From positions 87,694-151,693 of the forward strand of contig CAVXQH010000005.1 in assembly GCA_963763915.1 (NCBI GenBank): a DNA stretch of 64,000 bases, written 5' to 3'. The notes below the pieces were generated by a model. The model searched no databases. It had not been told where the DNA came from and worked only from the letters and a program-made list of their open reading frames with translations. Made by a program: the position numbers and the translations under genes. The DNA comes from an uncultured Alphaproteobacteria bacterium. Its GTDB lineage: Bacteria; Pseudomonadota; Alphaproteobacteria; Sphingomonadales; Sphingomonadaceae. Shown in pieces: positions 53,458-64,000 of this stretch (positions within the stretch are counted from its first letter, which is position 1; the number at the start of each line of letters is the position of its first letter).

Positions 53458-54172
53458 CTTACTAGAGCGGAACTTCATAGCAGCGATCAATGGCGGCCCG
53501 GACTTGCTCGATCAAGATATTTTTGACGGTCCGGTCGAACGCGTACTTCTCGGCATGAAGGCACATGCCAACACAATCAACCTCGCACGGCTTAAAAATC
53601 TGGAAGACTGCTTCCCGCTATGTCGCCAAGCTTTAGGTGATTTCGCGTTCAACGGCATTTCGCGTCGATATGTAGACCGCGATGCGGCGCGCAAGCTGGA
53701 AACCAATGATTTCGGCATCGGTTTTCCGGCATTTCTGCGCAGTGAAAATTTTGATGATGCCATTTGCGATCTTGCGGCAATCGAATGGGCCTGGTTGGAA
53801 AGCTACCACGCACCCGAGGCCAACTCTTTGTCCCTGCAAGTCATTGCCGGTTTGGACCAAACTAAGCTTGAAGTCACACAAGTTCACCTTCATCCATCGT
53901 TACGAGTTGTGACTTTGGCCGCTGACGCACATCCAGTTTTGACCGGATGCGGCGCGGCAAAGCAAGGCGACCATGTCCTCATTTGTCGTCCGGAAACAGA
54001 AGTGCGCCTAAGTATTTTGAATAACTGCTTAGTAGCATTTATAAAAATTCAACATGACACGACGACCATTGGTAACCTTTTGCAACTTTTGGACGAACAC
54101 TCCCAAGAGAGCGATCCAGTGGCTTTGCTTTTGACATTGATCGGCGCAGGTGCGCTCGTTGCTGCAGAGTGA
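53444..54172 (+). CDS. DUF2063 / BufC-type MNIO partner protein
   Basis: Overlaps the DUF692 gene. Contains L...FP.....LG...F....Y, FG..FP.FL and DLA.IEWA..ESYHA. Confidence 0.88.
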   Translation: MITHDLLERNFIAAINGGPDLLDQDIFDGPVERVLLGMKAHANTINLARLKNLEDCFPLCRQALGDFAFNGISRRYVDRDAARKLETNDFGIGFPAFLRSENFDDAICDLAAIEWAWLESYHAPEANSLSLQVIAGLDQTKLEVTQVHLHPSLRVVTLAADAHPVLTGCGAAKQGDHVLICRPETEVRLSILNNCLVAFIKIQHDTTTIGNLLQLLDEHSQESDPVALLLTLIGAGALVAAE

Positions 54173-54178
54173 GCTAAA

Positions 54179-54640
54179 ATGAAAAAAGTGCGGAAACTTT
54201 ACGAGCGAGCAACTGACCTTGCTTCTAGCAAATGGTCCGAAGCCTTTGCCTTGCTATTTGTGCGGATCGTGCTTGCCGGGATATTCTGGCGTTCGGGTCG
54301 GACCAAGGTCGAAGATGGCAGCTGGCTGCAAGTGAGCGAGAACACGCTGCACCAATTTGCCGACGAACCGTTCAACAATGCGCCGCTTCTGCCTTCGGAC
54401 TTTGCAGCGCATATGACTACTTATGCAGAACACGCCCTGCCGATGTTGCTGGTCCTCGGACTGTTCACGCGACTGTCGGCTCTGGCGCTACTCGGCATGA
54501 CGCTTGTGATCCAACTCTTCGTCTTCCCCGAGGCCTGGTGGTCAGTGCACAGCCTTTGGTTTGCGCTCACATGGGTGCTTATTGTTCGTGGTGCAGGCAT
54601 TTTGTCGCTAGATCATATCTTGAAGCGGAAGCGCAAATGA
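54179..54640 (+). CDS. DoxX family membrane protein (BufD-type)
   Basis: FWRSG.TK, EHALP.LLVLGLFTR.SA and G.G..SLD. Confidence 0.92.
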   Translation: MKKVRKLYERATDLASSKWSEAFALLFVRIVLAGIFWRSGRTKVEDGSWLQVSENTLHQFADEPFNNAPLLPSDFAAHMTTYAEHALPMLLVLGLFTRLSALALLGMTLVIQLFVFPEAWWSVHSLWFALTWVLIVRGAGILSLDHILKRKRK

Positions 54641-55161
54641 TCGCCGGCGAAGACATACTTAGGTCGCTGATGATCCGGTCCCAATCTGGCGACAAACAGG
54701 CTTATGCTGTACTTCTTGGCGAGTGTCAGAGCTGGCTAAAGCGATATTACCGCGCCAAGATTGCCCCCGATAGTATCGACGATCTTGTTCAGGAAGTGCT
54801 GATTTCGCTGCACCGCAAACGTGCAAGCTACGATATAAGCAGGCCATTTCTGCCTTGGCTTGCCGCAATTGCCCGTTTCCGCTGGATAGACCGGCTGCGG
54901 CAAGATTATCGCAGCGCGGCGCAAAGCCTTTCCGAAGACATTCCGGTTGATGACCACGGCCATAGCGTCGCCGCGCGGCTTGGGCTGGATGGTCTGCTGG
55001 CGCATTTGCCGCGAGCACAAGCAGAGGCGATCCGTCTGGCAAAGATCGAAGGGTACAGCATTAGCGAAACCGGAGCGCGTACTGGTCAAAGCGATGCGTC
55101 CGTCAAAGTAAATATCCACCGCGGACTAAAGAAGCTTGCGGCCACCCTGGAAAGCGAATGA
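54637..55161 (+). CDS. ECF sigma-70 factor (SigF/ECF16-like)
   Basis: DDLVQEVL.SLH.KR.SYD, PWL.AIAR.RWID and VKV.IHRGLK. ATGA overlap with the DoxX gene. Confidence 0.93.
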   Translation: MIAGEDILRSLMIRSQSGDKQAYAVLLGECQSWLKRYYRAKIAPDSIDDLVQEVLISLHRKRASYDISRPFLPWLAAIARFRWIDRLRQDYRSAAQSLSEDIPVDDHGHSVAARLGLDGLLAHLPRAQAEAIRLAKIEGYSISETGARTGQSDASVKVNIHRGLKKLAATLESE

Positions 55162-55802
55162 GTATGAAGAACGATGATTTTTTTCTGGCGAGCTTAGTCG
55201 ATGACTTGTCGCCCGTACGCCCGCTCAACGCGCGGCAGGGCTTGCTTTGGCCGTTGGCCGTCGCGTTCGTCGCTATAATCGCGATCATGCCTCTGATCGG
55301 TGCTCGTGCAGACCTGATCGCGGGGACGCCCCATCCGATGTTTTTGTTGCGGTCGGGCATCTTGCTATTGCTTGGAGTCGTCTCCGCCGGAGCGGCAGCT
55401 TCTTTGGCAAGTCCATCGGTAGGCAACGTGCCGTCGGCGTGGAAAATGGCGCTAGCAGCGGCATGTACTTTCCCAATCTCTGCGCTGGTTGTCAGCTTAA
55501 CCGGAGGCGCCATTGGCCTGACCGAAAGAATAAGCGACGGCCTTTCTTGCCTATCATGGTCTATCTGTGTGGCGGCGATGATTTCGGTTCCGCTGGTGCT
55601 GTTCTTGCGGAGCGGCGCGCCGGTTCAAACCAACCGAGCCGGTTTGCTTGTCGGGTTGTCTGGCGGAGCTCTCGGTGCATTCACCTTCAACTTCCACTGC
55701 CCGTATAATGACTTAGCCTATATCGGGCTGTGGTATTCGTTGGCCGTTGGTGCGTGCGCAGTTGTCGGTCGATTGGTAGTGCCGCACCTGATCAAATGGT
55801 GA
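55158..55802 (+). CDS. nrsF: NrsF (DUF1109) anti-sigma factor
   Basis: L..LV.DL.PVR, six TM helices, and two Cys plus FHCP...LAYIGLWY. Confidence 0.88.
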   Translation: MSMKNDDFFLASLVDDLSPVRPLNARQGLLWPLAVAFVAIIAIMPLIGARADLIAGTPHPMFLLRSGILLLLGVVSAGAAASLASPSVGNVPSAWKMALAAACTFPISALVVSLTGGAIGLTERISDGLSCLSWSICVAAMISVPLVLFLRSGAPVQTNRAGLLVGLSGGALGAFTFNFHCPYNDLAYIGLWYSLAVGACAVVGRLVVPHLIKW

Positions 55803-56208
55803 TTTTGGCTGGCTTGCGCCCGAATGTGACGCCGCCGACCCATAATGCCCACCAGATAATCAGCGGCTGCAATGCAAGTCGCGGGCCATGATACCACCAG
55901 CTTAGATGCTGCCCATTCATCGCAATATCATTAAAGGCATGATTGAAATTTGCTGGCCAAACGCACAGCGCATACAGCGCGAGGCCTATGCCAGCGGCTT
56001 TGCGCAGTCGCGGAACCATCAGGCCAAATGCCCCTGCGATTTCAGCGACGCCCGTTCCGGCGACGACAGCCTCCGGCCAGGGCACCCAATCGGGTGTGAT
56101 CGCAAGAAAACCTGCTGGAGAGCGCAAGTGGGCAACGCCGGCAAAAAGATAAAACAGCGCCAAAACGATGCGCATAGTGAATTTGAAGCGTGTTTCCTTA
56201 ATTGGCAT
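55792..56208 (-). CDS. DoxX-like membrane protein
   Basis: LA.FY..AG..H...P..F..ITP, TG.AEI.GA.GL, WPAN and PRL.LQP. Confidence 0.85.
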   Translation of the reverse strand: MPIKETRFKFTMRIVLALFYLFAGVAHLRSPAGFLAITPDWVPWPEAVVAGTGVAEIAGAFGLMVPRLRKAAGIGLALYALCVWPANFNHAFNDIAMNGQHLSWWYHGPRLALQPLIIWWALWVGGVTFGRKPAKITI

Positions 56209-56974
56209 CTGTGCCTCCGATCCTTGCTGGCAGTCCAGCACTGCGAAGCGCAGCATGTGCGTCCGATATGCTTGCTTCACCAAAGTGAAAGATCGACGCG
56301 GCGAGCACCGCGCTGGCATGCCCCTTGACCACGCCTTCAACCAAGTGATCGAGATTGCCCACGCCACCGCTGGCAATAACCGGAACAGATACAGCATCCG
56401 CAATGGTGCGGGTTAGCTGCAAATCATACCCATCGCGAGTGCCGTCGCGGTCCATGCTGGTCACGAGCAGCTCGCCCGCGCCGAGTTCTGCCAGCCGCAA
56501 AGCATGTTCAACCGCATCAATGCCCGTTGCGTTGCGTCCGCCGTGCGTGAAGACTTCCCAATGCTCTCCAACTCGCCTTGCATCGACTGAGGCAACCACG
56601 CATTGGCTGCCAAATCGTTCAGCGATGTCGGCGACGACTTCGGGCCGCGCAACTGCAGCGCTGTTGACCGCCACCTTGTCTGCCCCGGCAAGAAGCAAAC
56701 CCCGCGCATCCTCTGCACTACGCACGCCGCCGCCAACGGTCAACGGCATGAAGCACACCTCGGCTGTGCGTCGCACAACGTCAATGATCGTATCGCGGCC
56801 TTCGTGGCTCGCGCCGATGTCAAGAAAACAAAGTTCGTCCGCCCCCGCCGCATCATAGGCCCGCGCCGCCTCTACCGGGTCACCCGCGTCGCGTAAGTCG
56901 ACGAAGTTCACACCCTTGACCACGCGGCCACCAGCGACATCAAGGCACGGAATAACACGGATGCGGACGGTCAT
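56198..56974 (-). CDS. hisF: Imidazole glycerol phosphate synthase cyclase subunit
   Basis: [26 protein letters not shown] and TSMDRDGT. Confidence 0.98.
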   Translation of the reverse strand: MTVRIRVIPCLDVAGGRVVKGVNFVDLRDAGDPVEAARAYDAAGADELCFLDIGASHEGRDTIIDVVRRTAEVCFMPLTVGGGVRSAEDARGLLLAGADKVAVNSAAVARPEVVADIAERFGSQCVVASVDARRVGEHWEVFTHGGRNATGIDAVEHALRLAELGAGELLVTSMDRDGTRDGYDLQLTRTIADAVSVPVIASGGVGNLDHLVEGVVKGHASAVLAASIFHFGEASISDAHAALRSAGLPARIGGTDAN

Positions 56975-57699
56975 GCCCTATTCGCCATCGCGATTGCGGT
57001 CGCCAAATCGAGCCGCCCGTCATAAATGGCGCGACCAGTGATCACACCCTCGATCCCGTCATTTGTGTGCAGGCTGAGCATATGGATATCGTCGATACCC
57101 TTCACGCCGCCACTAGCGATAACCGGTATCCGAACCCGACGCGCAAGATCAACCGTTGCGTCAATGTTGCAACCGGTCAGCATGCCGTCTCGGCCAACAT
57201 CGGTGAACAGGATGGAAGCCACACCTGCATCCTCAAACCGACGCGCCAAATCGACGACCGGCATGTCGGACTTTTCCGCCCAGCCTTCGGTTGCGACAAA
57301 GCCATCACGCGCATCAACAGCAACGACAATTCCGCCTTCATATTCGCGCGCCATGTCTTTGACGAATTCTGGATCTTTCAGTGCCGCTGTTCCGATCACC
57401 AGTCGAGCGACGCCCAGATCGAACCAGCGCTCGACTGTTTCGCGATTACGGATGCCGCCGCCCAGCTGCACATAGCCCGGGAAGTTCACAATGATGCCTT
57501 CGACGGCTTCCGCATTTTCGGGTTTACCCGCAAAGGCACCGTCGAGATCAACAACATGCAAATGTTCGGCGCCCGCCTCGGCAAAGAGCAAAGCCTGCGC
57601 TGCTGGGTCATCGGCGTAAACCGTCGCGCGGTCCATATCGCCCTCAGCCAAACGCACAACTTGCCCGTCCTTTAAGTCTATGGCTGGAAAAACGATCAT
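56971..57699 (-). CDS. hisA: ProFAR isomerase
   Basis: [24 protein letters not shown] and TDVGRDG. Confidence 0.98.
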   Translation of the reverse strand: MIVFPAIDLKDGQVVRLAEGDMDRATVYADDPAAQALLFAEAGAEHLHVVDLDGAFAGKPENAEAVEGIIVNFPGYVQLGGGIRNRETVERWFDLGVARLVIGTAALKDPEFVKDMAREYEGGIVVAVDARDGFVATEGWAEKSDMPVVDLARRFEDAGVASILFTDVGRDGMLTGCNIDATVDLARRVRIPVIASGGVKGIDDIHMLSLHTNDGIEGVITGRAIYDGRLDLATAIAMANRA

Positions 57700-57712
57700 G
57701 CCAAATCCTCCA

Positions 57713-58324
57713 TCAAGGACGCCATTCCAAAAAGCGTTTTAGCGTGGCGATACCGTAGGCTTGGCTTTTTTCGGGGTGAAACTGCACACCCAAAATATTG
57801 TCTCGACCGACTGCTGCAGTCAGCATGCCACCATGGTCTGTTGTCGCAAGCAATTCGGCCGCGTCGTCAGTCGCGAAATGATAGCCGTGCAAAAAATATG
57901 CCTCGCCTGCTTCTAATACGGGGTGCTTTTGCGCCAAATGCACATTGTTCCAGCCCATATGCGGGATCTTGATGTTAGGAGCTGGATCAATAGATCGAAC
58001 GGTCCCTGCGATCCAACCCAACCCGTCAGTATTGCCATGTTCAACGCCGATACTGGCCATCAACTGCATTCCGACGCAAATGCCCAAGAACGGTTTGCCG
58101 CCTGCCCCTGTCACTTCATTAAGCGCAGCAACCATCCCCTCGATCCCGGCCAGTGAGGTCATGCAATGTGCGAACGCCCCAACACCGGGCAACACAATCC
58201 GGTCAGCGCGCAAAACGGCTTCGGGGTCTGCTGTGACATCGATGTCGTCAGCACCTGCCGCTTTCAGCGCATTGCGCACCGATTGCAAATTCCCCGCACC
58301 GTAATCGATAAGCGCGATGCTCAC
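57713..58324 (-). CDS. hisH: Imidazole glycerol phosphate synthase glutaminase subunit
   Basis: DYGAGNL.SV, LPGVG, GICVGMQ, PHMGWN and QFHPEKS. Confidence 0.98.
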   Translation of the reverse strand: MSIALIDYGAGNLQSVRNALKAAGADDIDVTADPEAVLRADRIVLPGVGAFAHCMTSLAGIEGMVAALNEVTGAGGKPFLGICVGMQLMASIGVEHGNTDGLGWIAGTVRSIDPAPNIKIPHMGWNNVHLAQKHPVLEAGEAYFLHGYHFATDDAAELLATTDHGGMLTAAVGRDNILGVQFHPEKSQAYGIATLKRFLEWRP

Positions 58325-58326
58325 GA

Positions 58327-58914
58327 TTAGAGCGTCCCCTTGGTGGACGGAATTGCATCTGCCTTGCGCGGATCAATTTCTACCGCTTGACGCAGCGCGC
58401 GTGCCAAAGCCTTGTAGCAGCTTTCGACAATATGATGGTTATTCGCACCATATAGATTTTCGATGTGCAGTGTGATGCCAGCCGAGTTCGCAAAGCTCAT
58501 AAACCAATGCTCGATAAGCTCGGTATCCCATTCACCAAGACGCGGCATGCTGAACGCAACCTTCCACACAAAATAGGGACGACCGGAAATATCCAGTGCG
58601 CAGCGCGTTAGCGTTTCGTCCATCGGCGCGTAGGCAGAGCCGTAACGCGTGATACCCCGCTTTTCGCCAAGCGCCTGAAGCACAGCTTCGCCAATCGCGA
58701 TACCGGTATCTTCTGTGGTGTGGTGCTGGTCGATATGCAGGTCGCCTACCGCCTTTAACTTCAAATCGATCAATGAATGCCGAGACAGCTGTTCGAGCAT
58801 GTGATCGAGAAAGCCAATTCCCGTGCTCACTTCATAAACACCGGTCCCGTCGAGGTTCACCTCGACATCGATGCTGGTCTCGTTGGTTTTGCGGCTTATG
58901 GTCCCGATACGCAT
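58327..58914 (-). CDS. hisB: Imidazoleglycerol-phosphate dehydratase
   Basis: [18 protein letters not shown] and NNHHIVE. ATG at 58914; the longer ORF-track call overlaps sspB. Confidence 0.97.
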   Translation of the reverse strand: MRIGTISRKTNETSIDVEVNLDGTGVYEVSTGIGFLDHMLEQLSRHSLIDLKLKAVGDLHIDQHHTTEDTGIAIGEAVLQALGEKRGITRYGSAYAPMDETLTRCALDISGRPYFVWKVAFSMPRLGEWDTELIEHWFMSFANSAGITLHIENLYGANNHHIVESCYKALARALRQAVEIDPRKADAIPSTKGTL

Positions 58915-59001
58915 GCGCGTGGCTATACTTAAGCCAAACCGTTTGGCAAGGTTGCTGATAGCATCTTGATTTAGGACGCAGACACGTTCACCAATAGATT
59001 C

Positions 59002-59474
59002 ATGAGCGAAGACACACCCGAAAGCCTGATTCCATATGATGACGTGGTGCAAGAGGCACTGCGCGCGGTGGTCGGGCGGGTATTGGGCGATGTGATGGCG
59101 AACGGACTTCCCGGAGACCATCATTTCTACATCACGTTCAAAACCCAAGCTCCGGGTGTTGCCATTCCAAAGCACTTGATTGAACGTTTCCCCGACGAGA
59201 TGACCATCGTGCTGCAGCATAAATATTGGGATCTAAAGGTAGAACCGGAGCATTTCGAGGTTGGCCTTTCATTCAGCCAAGTGCCTTCGCATCTTTACAT
59301 TCCTTATTCGGCGATCACGGCATTTGTTGACCCTGCAGTTGATTTCGCGCTTCAATTCCATGTCGATGCCGACGAAAACGAGCCTGAGCCCCATGACGCG
59401 GCTGAAAATGACGAGATCGGGATCGAACGCGAAGACGGCTCCAATGTCGTTTCAGTGGATTTTGGCCGGAAGAA

Positions 59475-59478
<4 letters not shown>
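59002..59478 (+). CDS. sspB: SspB family ClpXP adaptor (alphaproteobacterial type)
   Basis: [27 protein letters not shown] and a C-terminal [10 protein letters not shown]. Confidence 0.9.
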
Positions 59479-60866
<1,388 letters not shown>

Positions 60867-60893
60867 GCGGGGGCGTTTATGAGGAGTTGAATA

Positions 60894-61202
60894 ATGGCTA
60901 TTTTAAAGAACAACCCCATGGTCAAAAATGTTGCTGGTGCACTTGTCGGAGAGATGATTGGCAAGCGCCAAGGCCACGGAATCGTTGGTGCTGGTGTCGG
61001 CATTATTGCTACGCGTATTGCCACGCGTTCGCTTCCCGGCGCTTTGGCCGTCGGCGGCGCAATCATTGCCAAAAAAGTTTATGACAAACGCAAAGAGCAA
61101 CGGCTGATTGAACAACGGATCGGATCAGATTTTGACGCAAGCCAGCAGGTTCGCCAACAAAGCGACCAGCAATTTCAGTCAGAGCGCTACAACGTCAGGT
61201 AG
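60894..61202 (+). CDS. Small hypothetical protein (glycine-zipper-like)
   Basis: RBS GAGGAG. Contains G.VGAGVG.IATRIATRS.PGA. Confidence 0.75.
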   Translation: MAILKNNPMVKNVAGALVGEMIGKRQGHGIVGAGVGIIATRIATRSLPGALAVGGAIIAKKVYDKRKEQRLIEQRIGSDFDASQQVRQQSDQQFQSERYNVR

Positions 61203-62025
61203 AAGCCGGCTCGTCTGGAATACCGACGCGCCTCTTGTTTGAAATCCACAGCAAAGCGATACCAATGATGAACATTGGTATCGTTAGCGTTTGTCCCATG
61301 GTCATGCCTGTGGAGAGGAATCCGATGTCGCGGTCCGGTTCGCGGTAAAATTCCGCCACGAACCGGCCAAGGCCCATCGTAATGCAGAACGCCCCTGCCA
61401 ACCGGCCGGAAAAAAGCCGGGCGTCGGTGCGCCAGAAAAGCCACGACAATATGATGAATGGTATAATCGCTTCTAACCCTGCCTCGTATAGCTGGCTCGG
61501 GTGACGCGGCTCTGGTCCTGCGCCGGGGAAAATGATACCCCAGCTGCCATCGGTTGGCCTGCCCCATAGCTCGCCATTGACGAAATTCGCCAACCTGCCG
61601 AACAAATGGCCGATTGGGTAAACGCAGACAACATAGTCACAAAGCCGCATCCAATTAAGCCTGTTGCGCCATGCGAAGATCAGCGCCGCGGTGGCCACAC
61701 CGGCAACGCCGCCGTGGAATGCCATGCCGCCCTTCCACACAGCAAACAGATTGAGCGGATTGTCCAGATAGCCATCCTCCGCGTAGAAAAGCACATATCC
61801 GAGCCTGCCACCAAGCACTATTCCCAGCGTAATCCAAATGATGAACTCGTCGACTTGATCGGGCGTTATCGGCGCCAGGGTACGCACCAGCATATGTTTC
61901 AAAAGCCACCATCCAATCAATATGCCGGACAAATAGGCCAAACCGTAATAGCGCAGCGCAAAATTCCCGATGCGGAAAAGTTCCGGCGACAGCCCCAGTT
62001 GTTCGAAATTTATGACTTCGTTCAT
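61195..62025 (-). CDS. lgt: Prolipoprotein diacylglyceryl transferase
   Basis: [36 protein letters not shown] and HPSQLYEA. Confidence 0.97.
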   Translation of the reverse strand: MNEVINFEQLGLSPELFRIGNFALRYYGLAYLSGILIGWWLLKHMLVRTLAPITPDQVDEFIIWITLGIVLGGRLGYVLFYAEDGYLDNPLNLFAVWKGGMAFHGGVAGVATAALIFAWRNRLNWMRLCDYVVCVYPIGHLFGRLANFVNGELWGRPTDGSWGIIFPGAGPEPRHPSQLYEAGLEAIIPFIILSWLFWRTDARLFSGRLAGAFCITMGLGRFVAEFYREPDRDIGFLSTGMTMGQTLTIPMFIIGIALLWISNKRRVGIPDEPAST

Positions 62026-62633
62026 GGCTTCCCTGTAACCCAATAGTCGCTGGCACCCGCTTGCCACTGCTTGATACTCTCAATCGGCGCGGCAAGCATC
62101 AAGATATTAAGCGTTAGATTGTCGCGGATCATCCATGCGGTGAAAATCTCAAAGAACAACGCGATCGCCAGTGTAAGTTGCCAAGGCAGCCGCGACGCGA
62201 TGAAAAACCCAATGATCATCCAGGCAATGTCAGCCATAGAATTTACGATACTGTCCCCGTTATAGCCCCAGCTAATTGTGACTTCGCGGTAACGGTCGAT
62301 AATGATTGGCGAATTTTCCAGTACTTCCCACGCGCCCTCGATCAACACCGCCATAGCAACGGACACGCCGAGCGGAAAAAGCGCGGGCCACTTCTTGCGC
62401 AACAGATGCCCCAATCCGTAGAAGAGAAAACCGTGGGTGATGTGGCTCGGCGTGTACCAATCGGCAATATGCTGGCTGTTTTCGGGCGACTGCACGACCA
62501 AGTGCAGCAATTTTACATCGCCACAGGCGCAGATCGGTGGGCGCCCCATCGCGAAGAGGATTACAGCAAACGCCGCAAACAAAGCAAAAGCGATGAGTGC
62601 GCTGAATTTGCTGATCCGAAGCGGCCAGTTCAT
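62022..62633 (-). CDS. DUF2585 (UPF0314) family protein
   Basis: [38 protein letters not shown] and RDNLTLN. Confidence 0.92.
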   Translation of the reverse strand: MNWPLRISKFSALIAFALFAAFAVILFAMGRPPICACGDVKLLHLVVQSPENSQHIADWYTPSHITHGFLFYGLGHLLRKKWPALFPLGVSVAMAVLIEGAWEVLENSPIIIDRYREVTISWGYNGDSIVNSMADIAWMIIGFFIASRLPWQLTLAIALFFEIFTAWMIRDNLTLNILMLAAPIESIKQWQAGASDYWVTGKP

Positions 62634-62689
62634 TATCTGATTTCCCCAAAAAGCTTGACGCTGCGCCCGTGTTTGCGGCAGGTGCAGCT

Positions 62690-63343
62690 ATGGCTCAAGC
62701 GAATAATGACACGAACCAAAAACTGGACAGGCGGGGCCTGTTGTTTGTGCTGTCATCTCCTTCGGGTGCGGGAAAGTCGACTTTGTCTCGCATGTTGCTG
62801 AATGCCGTTCCCGATATTGCCCTTTCGGTATCCTACACCACTCGCCCGCCGAGGCCGGGTGAAGTCGACGGCGTAGACTATAATTTTTGTGACGTTGCTA
62901 CTTTCAAAGCGATGGCGAGCGAGGGCGCTTTTCTGGAATGGGCACATGTATTCAACCACCGCTACGGTACTCCCAAAGCTCCGGTAGAAGCCGAACTTGC
63001 CGCCGGACGTGATGTTCTGTTTGATATCGATTGGCAGGGCGCACAGCAGCTTTATCAAGAAGCGGGACCCGATGTGGTCCGGGTATTCGTTTTGCCGCCA
63101 TCTATCGAAGAGCTGGAGCGAAGGCTACGTTCCCGCGGCACCGACAGCGATGATGTGATTGCCGACCGGATGGCCCGCGCCAAGTCAGAGATAGGCCACT
63201 GGGACGGTTATGACTATGTCCTGATTAATGACGACATCGAAAGCTGCTTTGCCCAAGTTCGCGAAATCCTCACTGCAGAGCGGTTAAAGCGTCGGCGACA
63301 AAAGGGTTTGATTGGTTTTGTCCGGGATTTGGTCGCGGACTAG
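62690..63343 (+). CDS. gmk: Guanylate kinase
   Basis: SSPSGAGKST, SYTTR.PRPGEVDGVDY, YGTP and DIDWQGA. Confidence 0.98.
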   Translation: MAQANNDTNQKLDRRGLLFVLSSPSGAGKSTLSRMLLNAVPDIALSVSYTTRPPRPGEVDGVDYNFCDVATFKAMASEGAFLEWAHVFNHRYGTPKAPVEAELAAGRDVLFDIDWQGAQQLYQEAGPDVVRVFVLPPSIEELERRLRSRGTDSDDVIADRMARAKSEIGHWDGYDYVLINDDIESCFAQVREILTAERLKRRRQKGLIGFVRDLVAD

Positions 63344-63348
63344 GACAT

Positions 63349-64000
63349 TCAAAGCCTCAACAGTTCCAAAAACCGCACCGCACCCATGTAATCAGCCCGA
63401 CGGTCGGCACGGTGTTTCTCTGCCCAATGGTCGGAGCCCCACAGCTCTTCCTGCCATAACTCATCAAGGCAAGACGCCGTCCAAAGCTCTTCAGCATCCC
63501 CCGCGCCTTCAACCAACGCGAGCGTCGCGACCAGAGAACCCGTTAGATGCGCTATTTTCCCTAAAGGAGCCAGCTTGTAAGCGTCTTGGACGGCAACTGC
63601 ATCGCGCAATTTTTCCAGCGTGGCTGTGGGCTGCGCCTTGTGCAGAACACCCTCTACTACGACGAACTCAACACGGTAATGCTTTGCGGCCCAATTCAAC
63701 CAAGGGTCCCAAATTTCCTTTTGTCGTTCCGCAAGCGGGGTACCCGCTTCCGCGCGGTAACAGAACGCATCGCTCTCCCCGTAAGCTGCAATCGCGCCTA
63801 TAAATTGCGACGGATCGGGCAACACGTGATCGGTGGTGGCATTGGCAAAGCCTGTCATTGGCATCGCGGCAGGATTAACATCGGCACCGTCGGGCACGGC
63901 CTGCCACTCTTGCTGCACCGTCTGGGCAAGCGCGAGATTGGGAAGAACGAGCAAATTCGCTTTGGGAGTTTTTACGGGCCGCCCGTCGAGCGCCAGACTA
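63349..64000 (-). CDS. ATP12 family F1-ATPase chaperone (5' end outside the window)
   Basis: Frame is open to the window edge with LDGRPVKTP, MPMT..AN, D..CYRA and DE.WQ...WG.D. Confidence 0.92.
   Translation of the reverse strand, partial: SLALDGRPVKTPKANLLVLPNLALAQTVQQEWQAVPDGADVNPAAMPMTGFANATTDHVLPDPSQFIGAIAAYGESDAFCYRAEAGTPLAERQKEIWDPWLNWAAKHYRVEFVVVEGVLHKAQPTATLEKLRDAVAVQDAYKLAPLGKIAHLTGSLVATLALVEGAGDAEELWTASCLDELWQEELWGSDHWAEKHRADRRADYMGAVRFLELLRL

Noticed and set aside
54232-54636. N-terminal extension of the ECF sigma ORF (309 aa in the track)
   Set aside because: It overlaps the DoxX gene in another frame. The ATGA-coupled start at 54637 fits better.
58915-59220. N-terminal extension of hisB, and similarly 56209-56403 for the DoxX-like gene
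   Set aside because: The extensions overlap sspB and hisF. Homology starts at 58914 and 56208.

Overview
This is a 64-kb chromosomal window from an alphaproteobacterium. Gene content, SspB, ATP12, CIRCE-controlled groESL and the protein sequences suggest a Sphingomonadaceae member (inference). It is mostly housekeeping: the rpoC 3' end, a MacAB-like ABC exporter, galU, an RND pump with msrA, alkB, tsaC, an acyl-CoA dehydrogenase, putA, rpmB, tadA, uvrC, groESL, hisBHAF, sspB, fumC, lgt, gmk and a partial ATP12 gene. I found no tRNA, rRNA, CRISPR array, transposase or integrase. Points of interest: (1) A compositionally mosaic accessory block at about 18.1-23.4 kb, between yaiI and a TPP-riboswitch/thiC unit. 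It carries an SoFic-type Fic gene, an AT-rich divergent S-adenosylhomocysteine-hydrolase-like gene with substituted catalytic residues, and an unknown partner ORF. The indels cluster here, at least 4 in thiC alone, so either decay or local consensus error is possible. (2) A 792-aa protein made of six 4-Cys DUF5979-like repeats, with no signal peptide and an unusual basic/amphipathic C-terminal tail. (3) A complete bufferin-type MNIO RiPP cluster (DUF2282-DUF692-DUF2063-DoxX-ECF sigma-NrsF) with its SigF-type promoter, plus a second matching promoter in front of an unrelated, probably leaderless gene. (4) An aquaporin Z gene apparently collapsed to its second hemipore by an internal deletion. 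(5) Small genes and remnants missed by the ORF track: a 58-aa C3H zinc-finger-like gene and a truncated DUF6445 paralog. All family assignments come from motif recognition, not database searches.
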